Shown here piece by piece: positions 39,280-50,689 of a stretch of DNA of 61,602 nucleotides. Both the position numbers and the translations under genes were made by a program. Numbering within the stretch: the stretch's first letter is position 1; every line of letters starts with the position of its first letter. The stretch spans positions 17,632,387-17,693,988 of the forward strand of contig NC_068994.1 in the NCBI RefSeq assembly GCF_001194135.2, read 5' to 3'. The notes beneath the pieces are model-generated. The model was not told where the DNA came from, did not search any database, and saw only the letters and a program-made list of their open reading frames with translations. This DNA comes from Octopus bimaculoides. Its lineage: Eukaryota.

Positions 39280-40287
39280 GACAACTAATGTAGCGAGTTG
39301 ATAGAATCATTAGTGAGTCAAATAAAATGTTTAGCATTTCTTCTGGGTTGAGTTCAAATTCTGCTGAAGTCAGTTTCGCCTTGTATCCTTTCTGAGTTGA
39401 TGAAAAAGTAAGTATCAAATGAACACTGGGGTTGATTAATCAACTTACCCCTCCCTCAAAGCTGCTGGCCTTGTGCCAAAATTTGGAACCATTATTATCA
39501 TTATTATTATTATGACTTTGGTGTGGTTCTGAATTCAAATCCCATTGAGGTCAATTCTGTTCATCTTTTCAGAGTTGATAAAATCAAGTACCAGATAAGT
39601 ACTGAGGTCAATTTAATCAACTAACCTCATGCTCCACACCACCACTACCACTACCAATTTGAGGCCTTGTGCCTATATTAGAAATAATTATTATTCTATT
39701 GGCTATTTATAGGTGCAGACGTGGTTGTGTGAGAAGAAGCTTGCTTCCCAACCACATGGTTGCAGGTTCAGTCCTACTGTGTGGCATATTCTACTATAGC
39801 CTCAGGCCAATTCAAGCCTTGTGAGTGGAATTGGTAGATGGAAACTGAAAGAAGCCTCTGTGTGTCTTTGTATCTGTGTTTGTCCCCCACCACTGCTTGA
39901 CAACCGATACTAGTGTGTTTATATCCCCATAACATAGCAGTTTGGCAAAAGAGACCAATAGAATAAGTACCAAGCTTGAAAGAATAAGTCCTGGGCTTGA
40001 TTCATTTGACTAAAAAGTTCTCCAAGTCAGTGCCCCAGCATGGCCACAATCTGATGGCTGAAACAAGTAAAAGATAAAAGATATTATTTGTAATTTTGCT
40101 TTTTGCTTTTTTGTTACTGGTGAGGTAGTAAATTACCATTGAAGATTTGATTTATGAGAGGTTGTTGGGGTTTAAAGTAGAATTCTCTGGAGTGACTTCC
40201 CTTCCTGCAGGTATGCGAGTGATTTTAAACTTGGTACCTTATGCTAATAAAACATTTGTACCACCTGTTGCGTTACTTCTCTTAGTA

Positions 40288-41039
40288 CAGTAATACCCCA
40301 CTTTACAAGACCCCAGGTTTACAAGTTTTATTTTTCTAGCACAGGATCAAAATTTTGAATGAAGTGCAAAAGTTTCTACTACCCTAACAAATGCTTCTGC
40401 ATGTTACCGAGAAATTCATGGAGAGTGGAAAAAAGCTTGTTCTAAGCAAACAACTCCTGACTTGTTTTTTAAAAAAAAATCTACGAATCCATCTATGAGT
40501 GCTTGTGAATTGGCAATCACGTCTACAAATGATGGTGTGCATCAAAGTCAAAGTGATTCAGAAAATGATTATAATAATATTTTTTTTAATTCAAATTACG
40601 ACAAACGTAAATAAACAAATGAAGTTTACTTTTAGAAGCGTTGAGATGTCTTAGAAAGTTAAAGAAGTGATTTTAAATTCTCAATCGCAGAATAATGCTA
40701 ATAATATAGCCTGAACAGGATAAACTACCCCTATTTTGCAGAGAAAAGTGTAGGTGGCTAGCTGTGGACTCGAACTCACATCCCCGTGATTACGCGTCAC
40801 GATGCTTTATAAATGATCTTGACATTCTTTTTACTTTACATAAAATATTCTCTACAGTCTACTGTTATTTTATTACCATTTATTTATGAGCACTATAAAT
40901 TTATTAGGTAAAATATTTTTCTGGGAACAAATTACGATTTATAACATTGTGCTATGGGAAATTATTGCTCTGCTTTATGAGTTTTTGCTTTACAAGCAGT
41001 CTCTGGGAACAAATTAACTCCTATATCAAGGCATTACTG
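40288..41039. mobile_element. Tigger/pogo-like non-autonomous element with nested SINE
   Basis: TA-CAGTAATACCCC... and ...AAGGCATTACTG-TA termini. Confidence 0.6.
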
Positions 41040-41202
41040 TATTTATTTATAATCAGGTGAGTTAGAACATTACCTTTGTCCTTATGCAAGCACAGCACTA
41101 GTATCAAAATACTTTAACACTTTTGCTGCAGAAAACAGTTTCATGTACCAATTTATCTTTTGTTGAAGAATGTCATGTTTGAAACTATTTTCTGTTGAGA
41201 TT

Positions 41203-41525
41203 GAAAGCACATAGCCCAGTGGTTAGAGCATCAGGCTCACAATCATGAATGTGAGCTTGATTCCCAGACCGGGCTCTGTGTTGTGTTCTTGAGCAAGACA
41301 CTTTATTTCATGTTGCTCCAGTTCACTCAGCTGTTGAAATGAGTTGTGACATCACTGGTGCTAAGCTGTAGCTGCCTTTTCCATGGATAACCTCAGTGAC
41401 ATGGAGAGGGGAGGCTGGTATGCATGAGCAACTGCTGGTCTTCTGTAAACAACCTTTCCCAGACTTGTGCCTCAGAGGGGAACTTTCTAGGTGCATCCCA
41501 TAGTCATTCATGACCAAATAGGCTC
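41203..41525 (+). mobile_element. CORE-like tRNA SINE; related copy at about 53890-54070
   Basis: TAGCCCAGTGGTTAGAGC A box, GTGTTCTTGAGCAAGACACTT core-like segment. Confidence 0.55.
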
Positions 41526-42295
41526 TTTACACTTTATATCAAATTTATTGAGGTAATGTGAAAGTATTAATTCCATTTTGGGGGAGATATTTAACATCAT
41601 TACTGGAATAACCATGAAATTTAATTTCACAGTTAAAGGGTTAACTAGTTAAGCCATTTTGTAGAGGTTTATTTTATTACATTGTTGTTTCAATTGCAAT
41701 TTCAACATTTAGAACATTCCTTGTATACTTTGTAAAGATAGACAAGTAACATCCTATTACTATTCTGTGAGTAGTTTTCAGACAAAATACCAATTTATAT
41801 GGCATCGCTTTTTTAGTATCTCAATTTGCTTGTGCCACAGTCTTAGCAATAATTCTCTTTGGGCTGTCTTTTTATTTGACAATTTTTTTGTATGGGAAAA
41901 TATCTTCAAGACTTCTAGTTGATAGAGTTAAAACAGATTTTTATATCCTGAAATATGTGGTATCAACTAACCATATGACAATATTGTAGCAATTAATTTC
42001 GATGTCCACTTATACCATGAGGTAGTATTCTATGGCCAAATACCCTTCTGCTTGCCTGTTTTCAAGTTAGGGATTTTTTACTCTATTGGTCTTCACACAA
42101 TGGAACTACCAGGCTACAGAACATATTGTTTATAGGAGACATAAACATAACCACTGTTTTGCCCATATGATGTCATGCAAAGACTCACAGAAAGTAATTG
42201 TATGTGCACATCCCCCCCCCACACACACACACACATGTATAGATGCTAAGTTGATATCATTTTAAAGCTAGTTTAAGAATAATAATGAAACATTC

Positions 42296-42701
42296 TTCCG
42301 TTTATATATTTGTTTTGCAAGATTTTTGATGTGAAATCATGTGTTGAAACAGATATTGTTTTATTTGGGGATGGTCATATTGCCAGTTTAGCCAATAAAA
42401 ACACACGCACTATATATTTGGTGTTAATTTGCTTCAGCTTTACATTACATTAATCGTATTTCAGCCAGAGTTCTTTCATCACACTTCTGTGACCTCATCA
42501 GTGGTCCTTTGCTTTCTTCTTTCTTATTTGTGTGTCCCTCCTTGCTAATGATGAGGTCACAGAAGTGTAACGAAAGAACTCTGGCCGAAATATGATTAAT
42601 GTAATGTGATGTAATATAAAGCTGAAGCAAATTAACACCAAATATACAATGCGTGTGTTTTTATTGACTAAACTGGCAATATGACCATCCCCAAATACAA
42701 C
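42296..42701. mobile_element. Penelope-like non-autonomous element with inverted arms and hammerhead motif
   Basis: Arms about 42355-42500 / 42550-42701. A perfect 15-bp direct repeat AATAATGAAACATTC lies at 42281-42295 and 42702-42716. Confidence 0.7.
42465..42504 (-). ncRNA. Minimal type I hammerhead ribozyme-like motif
   Basis: The minus strand reads CCA CTGATGA G GTCAC AGAAGT GTGAT GAAA GAAC TC TGG: core intact, stem II GUCAC/GUGAU, stem I CCA/UGG, UC cleavage site. Confidence 0.6.
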
Positions 42702-43846
42702 AATAATGAAACATTCACTGATAGGGAACACAATATTAACAGTAAAGTCAAATTTACTGTAAAATTTGTTTTGATTTGGGTTTCAAATTTTGTCTAACAC
42801 CTTATTTAAACAGGACTGGTTGAATAAGCTGTTAGGTGAAACTTAAAGTTCCAGTCAACACGAAAGTTATGATCCCTAAACACACACATATATATTCTTT
42901 TATGTGTGTCAAACCCAAAAGCCATGACAATGCTGGGACAGTCAACCAGATGGCCATTTTTGAATGAGATTCTCTAAGAGGTTTATGTGTGTAAATGCAG
43001 TGTGCACATTGTTCATGTGCACAATGATGGCATATTCATAATGATGAAAAAGTTTTTCTTGAATTTGTTGCACTTTGATGGAGATCTAAAAGACTGGAAG
43101 TAAGGCAATGTTAATTATTATTTTTTTTTTGTATCCAGCGTTAAATTAATACATTGTATATCAAGTCTTCCATCTACTTTTAACTCGGATATTCTACATC
43201 ACCAACACATGGCAATTTTTTTACTCATTATGTATAACTTGTGCAAATCATCATCACCACCATTGTTTAATGTCTATTTTCCATACTTGCATGAGTCAGA
43301 CGGAAGTTGTTGAAATGAATTTTCTGTGGCTGGATGCTGTTCCTGTCACCAACTAAGGTATTTCCTCATGACCAGACATGTTTTTACAGAAGATTGGAAA
43401 TGAAGGACACCACTTGCGTAATGGTGACACTCCTTTACATCTATCACATAAAGGAATAATAAATATGCTCATGTACATACATGCACACACACACACACAC
43501 ATGCATACATGCTCACACACATACAAACGCATGTGCATACATGCTCACACACACACACATATAAACATATACAACAGGTTTCTTTCAGTTTCCATCTACC
43601 AAATTCACTCACAAGGTTTTGGTTAGCTTTTACAGTCATCATCGTCATCATCGTCATTTAACATCTGCTTTGAATGATGATGATAACATCTGTAAAAGCC
43701 AACCACAGCCTTGTGAGTGAATTTGGTAGATGGAAACTAAAAGAAACCTATTGTATATGTTTATATTAGTAAGTTAAAAAAATAAAAATCAATATTTGTT
43801 TTAAGCATTTCTGCAACATTTCAGTATTATTTATTTCTTAATTCAG

Positions 43847-43966
43847 GCTCTTTACACACTGAAGAGAAAAAAGAACTGTGAAATGATCCTGGAAAAGAAA
43901 TTAGCTACTTTGGATATTCTTCATAATTTGATTGACAAAATTAAAACTGTCACCACTGACCAACAG
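43847..43966 (+). CDS. CHMP7: CHMP7 exon 7 (ALYTLKRKK...VTTDQQ)
   Basis: ATTCAG| acceptor, CAG|GTAAGT donor, 40 codons. Shows the Snf7 helix-2 pattern AL..LK.KK..E..L....LD.L..I. Confidence 0.92.
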
Positions 43967-44145
43967 GTAAGTTGCTTTTGGGGGTTTTGGTTTCTTACAA
44001 TTAAACAATTTCATCATTAATCAAATGATTAAACTGAAAACTACTTTGATGCATGGTAAAATAATTTTATAACTTTAGTAAATGCAATTGAAGCAGTATT
44101 AAATTAAAATGGTCACCTACACATCATGCCCAATGTATGTATGTG

Positions 44146-44224
<79 letters not shown>

Positions 44225-44807
44225 TTGACAGGCAAGTTACTGCAATATTCATCCAAGGTAAAATACACTATGGACATACAATGTTTAAAAACACAATATA
44301 TATTGGAGAAAGACAAAAAACATCATCACAGCTATCAGTGATGTGTACTCACAACCAGCCAAAATTATGCAGTATTTACAATCGTATTTTGATGGAAATG
44401 GCTTCCGTCTTATATTATCTCGAAGCTACAAGATTTTGATGACATGACTATTTTTAGAAACATATATTATTGGGGAGGTATAAAAAGCTGGATCTGGCCA
44501 GTTTGAATCTAAACAGGTAGAATATTTACGCCAGATACAGCTAGTTTAAATGGTAAAGGGTTAAAAGAGCCCACGCTGATGCAAGCATTCTTTCTGATCA
44601 AGTCTCTGATCTGCATAGAACTTCCTCTAGTCTTATAGGCCCTCTCTTTGACTAAGACATTAAAAAAAAAAATGATATTACAACCAACAGTACGTTCTCT
44701 ATGCTGTGTTCTGTACAGTGTAATTGTAATAATAAAATTGCTAATTGTAATCTAGAAATTCTTTAATCTTTTTGGTGAAATCTTCAACACTGTTTTCTAT
44801 TAATTAG

Positions 44808-44906
44808 GTTCTTGAAGCTTATGCATGTGGTGTTTCTGCAATGAAGGTGCTAACCAAAGACATCAATCTTGAGAAGGCAGAAAATGTAATCGACCAGCTA
44901 CATGAT
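44808..44906 (+). CDS. CHMP7: CHMP7 exon 8 (VLEAYACGVSAMK...IDQLHD)
   Basis: TAATTAG| acceptor, GAT|GTAAGT donor, 33 codons. Snf7 helix 3/4 pattern. Confidence 0.92.
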
Positions 44907-45001
44907 GTAAGTACACACACACAGCAGCATTCTGTATTGGATGTTGTGTTATATATTTGTTATCATGATTATTTTATGTATTTGCTGACAGGTAATATAT
45001 A

Positions 45002-45043
<42 letters not shown>

Positions 45044-45617
45044 CAATTAAAAGGGTAAAGGTTTATCAATTTATTAATTTATTAATAAATCAACAATTAA
45101 TAATTTTTACCAAGCCCTTCGGTATGTAAACACCATTATCGCTGAACTTATTTAACAGTTCTTATACATTTATAAACATAATTAAGGGATCAGCAAACAT
45201 TTGCTTCACCACATACCGAAGTTCAGAAATAGCAGCTAAAAAAACTGAGACTCCAACAGATAGCATTACCTGTAACTCACAAAGGCAAAAACAAGAAGAA
45301 AAAACAATGAAAACTAACCATTCGAAGTTAATCATAGACGCGTTTCTGGATTATGAGCGATAATACTCAATTTCCTTCATTGGTATGATATTCTAGTAGT
45401 AAATTCGACGATCCTAGCAGACTGTGCATGCATGAACGAGTGAACATCATGCATCGGCACAACCTGAAAGCACAACCAAACCTACATCGGCCAGCCAGTC
45501 CACTATTTCTTCCTCAAGAAATTACCATGTGCGTCACAAGCAATACCGCAGAAAATTTGCGGTTTACTATCAGGGAGTGAATAATTATTACAAGCAAATG
45601 TTTGCTGATCCTTTAAT

Positions 45618-45709
<92 letters not shown>

Positions 45710-46002
45710 CACACACACACATATCACTATTTTTTAAATTTTTTATATGTACTTTGTTTATCTACACGTGTCATTTTGTTTTTAAATGTAGACATTTATT
45801 TGCTACCCAAGTAGAGCCTATCCTTCTTCAAACATTCAGGGCAGCTAATTAGTGAAACACTTGTCAGTTTGTGTTGCTGTGCTTCTACTACTTACAGCAG
45901 TGACTTTTGCCATTCACTGGTATCAATTTATAACTAGGTGAACTGGATCATTTGAGAATTAAATGACTTGACTACAGATCATCGTCATCGTCATCGTCAT
46001 CG

Positions 46003-46036
<34 letters not shown>

Positions 46037-47019
46037 TGGTATTTTATAATCTGCTTTCCATGCTGGCATGGGTTGTCAAGGTCAGTTCTTATTTGTGACT
46101 ACTGGTCAGAAAACTGCATCTTACTCATTTGGCATGGTTCCAATGGCTGGATGCCCTACTTGATATCAAACACTTCATAGAGTGTACTGGATGTCTTTCA
46201 TCATGGCACCAGCATGACTGAGGTTGTCATGTATTTGGCAAGACTAATAGGAACTCTCAATGCTGTCACCTTTGCTCATTTACCAGTCATATGACAAAGT
46301 GTACTGGATGCATTTTATCTTAGCACCACCACTAGTGAGGTTGCCTTGTATCTTGCAGGACTAAAAAAGTCATCATGACTTTACATTGCCTGCAGTCATT
46401 CAAAGCTATATAGGATGAATAGAAAAGAGAGTGATGATAGAAACTGATCTAGGATGAACTGCTGAGAAAAGTGATTGTATTAATGGCAGAAGCAGTGTTA
46501 TTCGAGTGAGAGGTTGATCAAGAGGTGAATGATAAAAGAAATGGTGCTGGGAGAATAATGGAAATGAGGTAGTAACATCAGTTGATGGAAAGATGGCAAC
46601 TACATATTTGATAGTAAGAGACAGAGAGTGAGTGAGTGAGTAATGTATGTCAGTCATGAGTGGTGATGTGGCAGGAAGGAAGTAATGGCTAGCAATACAG
46701 AAGAGTAATGAAGTATATTGGATGTGGACAGATCTAATGGAATCCCTTGTTTTACATGCATTGTTACAAGAGGGAGAGAGCGAGAGAAGTACAGTGATAA
46801 GGCTTGTGGTGTGGATTGAATAGAGAGAGATCCAATGCTACCCCACTTTATATAGGCAACATGGTACAGTGAGAGAAGTAGTGAGAGGCAGTGGGGATAG
46901 GGTGGCTGAAAGAAGTCAGGGAGATAGTAATATGGGTGGGTGTCAAAATGTTGAAGTATCAAGGGGGAGTTGTGGATAAAGAATTAAAAGAAACTGATGG
47001 GCAAGAGATCATCCCAGTC

Positions 47020-47330
47020 TCTATTACAAACATGTTCTACCATGCTTCCATAGGAGAATAGGTCTTCTCCTGCACCATCTATTGCCAATCATCACAGTCT
47101 TTGTCATCTCTTTCATAAGGCTCAGCTTCTTCATATTAGCCTTCATTACTTCATCTTTTGTCTTCTTAGGTTCCCCCCTTCTGCAAATTCCATCCACTTT
47201 GAGCATTTACTTGACACTTCTTTATACAGCTGTAGTTCTCTTTACGCATCACATACCCTTAGCAATCTTCTCTCTTGCACACTACATCTGATTTTTCTTA
47301 TGACTAGTTTTTCTCTCGGTTTATTTGCAT
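47020..47330 (-). mobile_element. RTE-clade LINE ORF C-terminus fragment
   Basis: MLKVDGICRRGEPKKTKDEVMK...MTK, homologous to the 60.8 kb fragment (G.RGRPRKTW..V-like). Confidence 0.6.
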
Positions 47331-47726
47331 TTCATTGTTCGTTACACATCCAGTGGAGCATGCTCACTTCTTTAGGTACAAGATATAAGCCAGTTGGTTA
47401 ACTAATTGCAACCTCTTGAGCATCCAGCTGCAAAATCCATGCCAAAGAAGACCTTACCAGCGTTGGTGCCACATTAAAAGCACACAGGCCACTCTGTAAA
47501 AGGCTGGCATTAGGAAGAACATCCAGTTTTAAAAACCATGCCAAAACAGAATGTGCCAATGCTGGTGCCACATAAAATGCACTCAGTCCAATTTGTAGGG
47601 TGGATGGCATTAGGAAGGGCATCCAACCATAAAAACTATGCTAAAATACAGTGAAACCTTGTTAGCTCCTGTCAAACTGTCCAACACAACCGACATGGAG
47701 AACGGATGTTAAATTATGATGATGAT

Positions 47727-47728
47727 GT

Positions 47729-47760
<32 letters not shown>

Positions 47761-47849
47761 CATATATATATTTATAGATACATATATATATATATGTATG
47801 TGTGTGTGTATATATGTATATATATATACATGTGTATATATATGTATAT

Positions 47850-47893
<44 letters not shown>

Positions 47894-48090
47894 GTATTGC
47901 ACCAAATAACCAGCTGGAGGAGACATACTCTTAGGGTTAAAATGTGTTTTAAAATGTGTTTTGTTTTTGTTTTTATTTTTGTATATATATATATGTATGT
48001 ATATATATATGTGTATATATATGTGTGTATATTTATATATGTATATATATATGTGTATATATATATGTGTATATATATGTGTGTATATGT

Positions 48091-48142
<52 letters not shown>

Positions 48143-48224
48143 GTATATATGTATATGTATATATGTATATTATGTATATATGTATATGTATATATGTATA
48201 TTATGTGTATATGTATATATATAT

Positions 48225-48295
<71 letters not shown>

Positions 48296-48428
48296 TATGT
48301 GTATATATATATATGTATATATATGTATATATGTATGTATATATATGTGTGTGTGTGTGTGTATATATATGTTTGTTTGTGTGTATATGTACGTATGCAT
48401 GCATGTATGTATGTATGTATGTATATAT
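47727..48428. repeat. Compound (TA)n/(TG)n/(TATG)n microsatellite field
   Basis: Directly visible. It produces the spurious YIYI ORFs. Other long arrays: (CA)n 16138-16190, (AAT)n 16890-16935, (TA)n 44150-44222 and 45627-45706, (GAT)n 49788-49833, (GA/CT)n 55592-55686. Confidence 0.95.
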
Positions 48429-48458
48429 AGATCAATGATTATTTGTCCTATCTTGCAG

Positions 48459-48633
48459 ACTCTTGGAGAACAGGAAGAAGTTAGCCACTTGTTGGCCAAT
48501 GCTTGGCCAGATTCCAATGAAGATTCTGAAGCATTAGAGGATGAGTTGCAGAAATTGATCAAAGAAGAGGAAAGTGCTGCAGAAGATGAGGCTCTTGCCA
48601 AATCACTTTCCAATTTGAGGATTCAAGATAAAT
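48459..48633 (+). CDS. CHMP7: CHMP7 exon 9 ([12 protein letters not shown]...[10 protein letters not shown]...[13 protein letters not shown])
   Basis: TCTTGCAG| acceptor, T|GTGAGT donor. Contains the acidic helix 5 and a class-1a NES-like motif L-x3-L-x2-L-x-I. Confidence 0.92.
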
Positions 48634-48720
48634 GTGAGTTTGTTATATATCTAAGAGTAAAGTTTGGTGTAAAACCTCATGCAGCTGGAAGTTTTAACTT
48701 AGTTTATTTGAAGTAATGTA

Positions 48721-48948
48721 TATCACCACTTGAACATAGCTGCTCCATAGAAACCAACATTATTACCATTTTAACCCCAAGAGTATGCCTCCTCCAGCTG
48801 GTTATTTGGTGCAATCTGCACCTGATATATATTTCAATATATATCAGGTGCAGATTGCATTGAATAACCAGCTGGAGAAGGCATCCTCCTGGGGTTAAAA
48901 TGGTAGTAATGTTGGTTCCTACAGAACAACTATGTTTAAGTGGTGATA
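48721..48948. repeat. 228-bp palindrome, 113-bp arms; inner part is a TTAA-CCC...GGG-TTAA piggyBac-like MITE
   Basis: The arms differ at about 13 of 113 positions, almost all transitions. The centre is TT-TC-AA at 48834/48835. Confidence 0.9.
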
Positions 48949-49612
48949 AGCATTATTTCTCAGTATAGTTACTACTTTAATCTCTTATAGAGATTTTCTA
49001 ACGAGTTAGTTTATTTGCTTTTTCATAATTTAAATGCTCTCTAGAATTACATTACTTTGCATAACAAGATGTAGTACTCAAGAAGACTCACCCATCATGA
49101 CAAAACTGAGATTCTGAATGCATGATGTGTGTGTGTGTGTGCATGCACGCGTGCATAACTGGGCCCCTTGTCCAATTTCTTTCTCAAGCCTTTCCCCACT
49201 ACCCATCATCTCTCTGTCTTTAATCTCCTCCATTACCTGCCCAACTGCAGTATTCTGCTGCTGAAATTAAATGAGAACAGAACTGCATATTTAATCTTCT
49301 TTCTTCCCTGATACCAGTTACCTTTCTCAGTACCCCAAACCATTTCGCTTGTCATCCATCCTATCTTCTTTCTTACTATTGTCCCTCTCCACTCACATTT
49401 TACATTGATCACTCTTCTGCACTACTAAATAATCTCTCCTTCTCCACCATCATACATCTCTCTCACTCTCCTGACACTTTTGCGACACGCATTTATACAC
49501 ATACATATACAATTTTAAAAGAGGAAAAAATTATATAAAAATAGAAAGATATTTCTTTGTTTAAGACTTCTTTTCTTTCACTGATTCTGATATCTGTTTT
49601 TAATATTTTCAG

Positions 49613-49758
49613 CTTTCTCCAAAGTATCCATATCAGATCCTATCACAGAAGAGGCAGCTCCTTTGTTGGAGGAAGACGACGATGAAATACCAGTTTCTTC
49701 TACAAAATCAAAATCAAAATCTAAATCTAAATCTGCTGCAGCTCTCCCGGCCTTTTAA
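49613..49758 (+). CDS. CHMP7: CHMP7 exon 10, terminal coding part (SFSKVSISDP...KSKSKSKSKSAAALPAF*)
   Basis: TTTTCAG| acceptor, phase fits exon 9, open to TAA at 49756-49758. The sequence is low complexity, so homology support is weaker. Confidence 0.78.
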
Positions 49759-49786
49759 ATATTATTATTGTTGTTGTTATTATTAT

Positions 49787-49834
<48 letters not shown>

Positions 49835-49893
49835 CGGTGTTTGTCCATTTTTTTTNNNNNNNNNNCATGCTTGCATGTGCACCCCCCTACCAC

Positions 49894-49933
<40 letters not shown>

Positions 49934-50183
49934 TACCTGCATGAAGCCATGATATGGCATTTACACTTTAGACTTGACATACATGGCTCTGTTGAACACT
50001 TTAATGTATTCCCACTCCCCCATGTCAAATTATGAGCAAACAAGAAACGTGTGTGTATGTATTGATATATCCAAATATAAAACCAGTACAATTTGCTTCG
50101 AGTGTACAGTTAATTACAGTTAATCGTTTATTTACAGTGATTTACTCACCCCCACTCCCCTACCTCAATATACTGATATAAAT

Positions 50184-50189
50184 AATAAA
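50184..50189 (+). terminator. Candidate polyadenylation signal AATAAA
   Basis: AATAAA about 430 nt after the stop, followed about 20 nt later by an A10 run. AATAAA is common in such AT-rich DNA. Confidence 0.25.
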
Positions 50190-50689
50190 TTCAACTTCTA
50201 TTGTGACGAAAAAAAAAATTGGTGAATGATATTCCTTTTTAACATCTGATTATTTTAATGTAATATCTTATGAATTCCAATTCTCAATATTTTAAAATTT
50301 AACTGCTGAGAAAATTTTAACTACATAAAAAATACTCTTAAAATTCTTGATCATTCTTGGTTATTTAATGTATGTGTTTAAAAACACACATGTTCACACA
50401 TAAACACAAAATTATTTGTGTTCAGAAATTTTGTTTAAAATTAATAACTGTTTATTAAAAATTTCATATTTAATTAATGTTCTTTGGCTTTCTGATGATT
50501 CTTACAAAACATCAATCTCTGGTGTAAGAGGTACTCATTTATTTATTAATTACTTAATTACATGAGTAATATTCGTATACTGATTCTATAAATCTTTTAA
50601 AGAAGACACATATCAAGCACCCGTTTTTTTTTTATTTTTTTTTTTTTATTATTATTATTAACTTTTAACAGAAGAGTGTGGGTCTGAGT

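Larger units (their letters stand above)
9079..49758 (+). other. CHMP7: CHMP7 gene span (ATG to stop), 10 coding exons, 454 aa
   Basis: Exon lengths 263+181+198+71+63+49+120+99+175+146 = 1365 nt join into one frame through GT-AG introns. The product resembles CHMP7 as I recall it: N-terminal winged-helix region with a W-x-x-W hydrophobic insertion, followed by a Snf7/ESCRT-III domain. Its length is about that of vertebrate CHMP7. Confidence 0.93.

Noticed and set aside
46400-46962. Minus-strand ORFs (ILQHFDTHP...LPDFFQPP) as a nested gene
   Set aside because: No splice structure, and similar pyrimidine-rich fragments occur at about 19.9, 31.8 and 49.2 kb. Probably decayed retroelement (perhaps Penelope-like), too eroded to call.
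47714-48438. Long ORFs (up to 251 aa) rich in YI/YV/CI
   Set aside because: They are translations of TA/TG microsatellites. Only 48459-48633 is real coding sequence.
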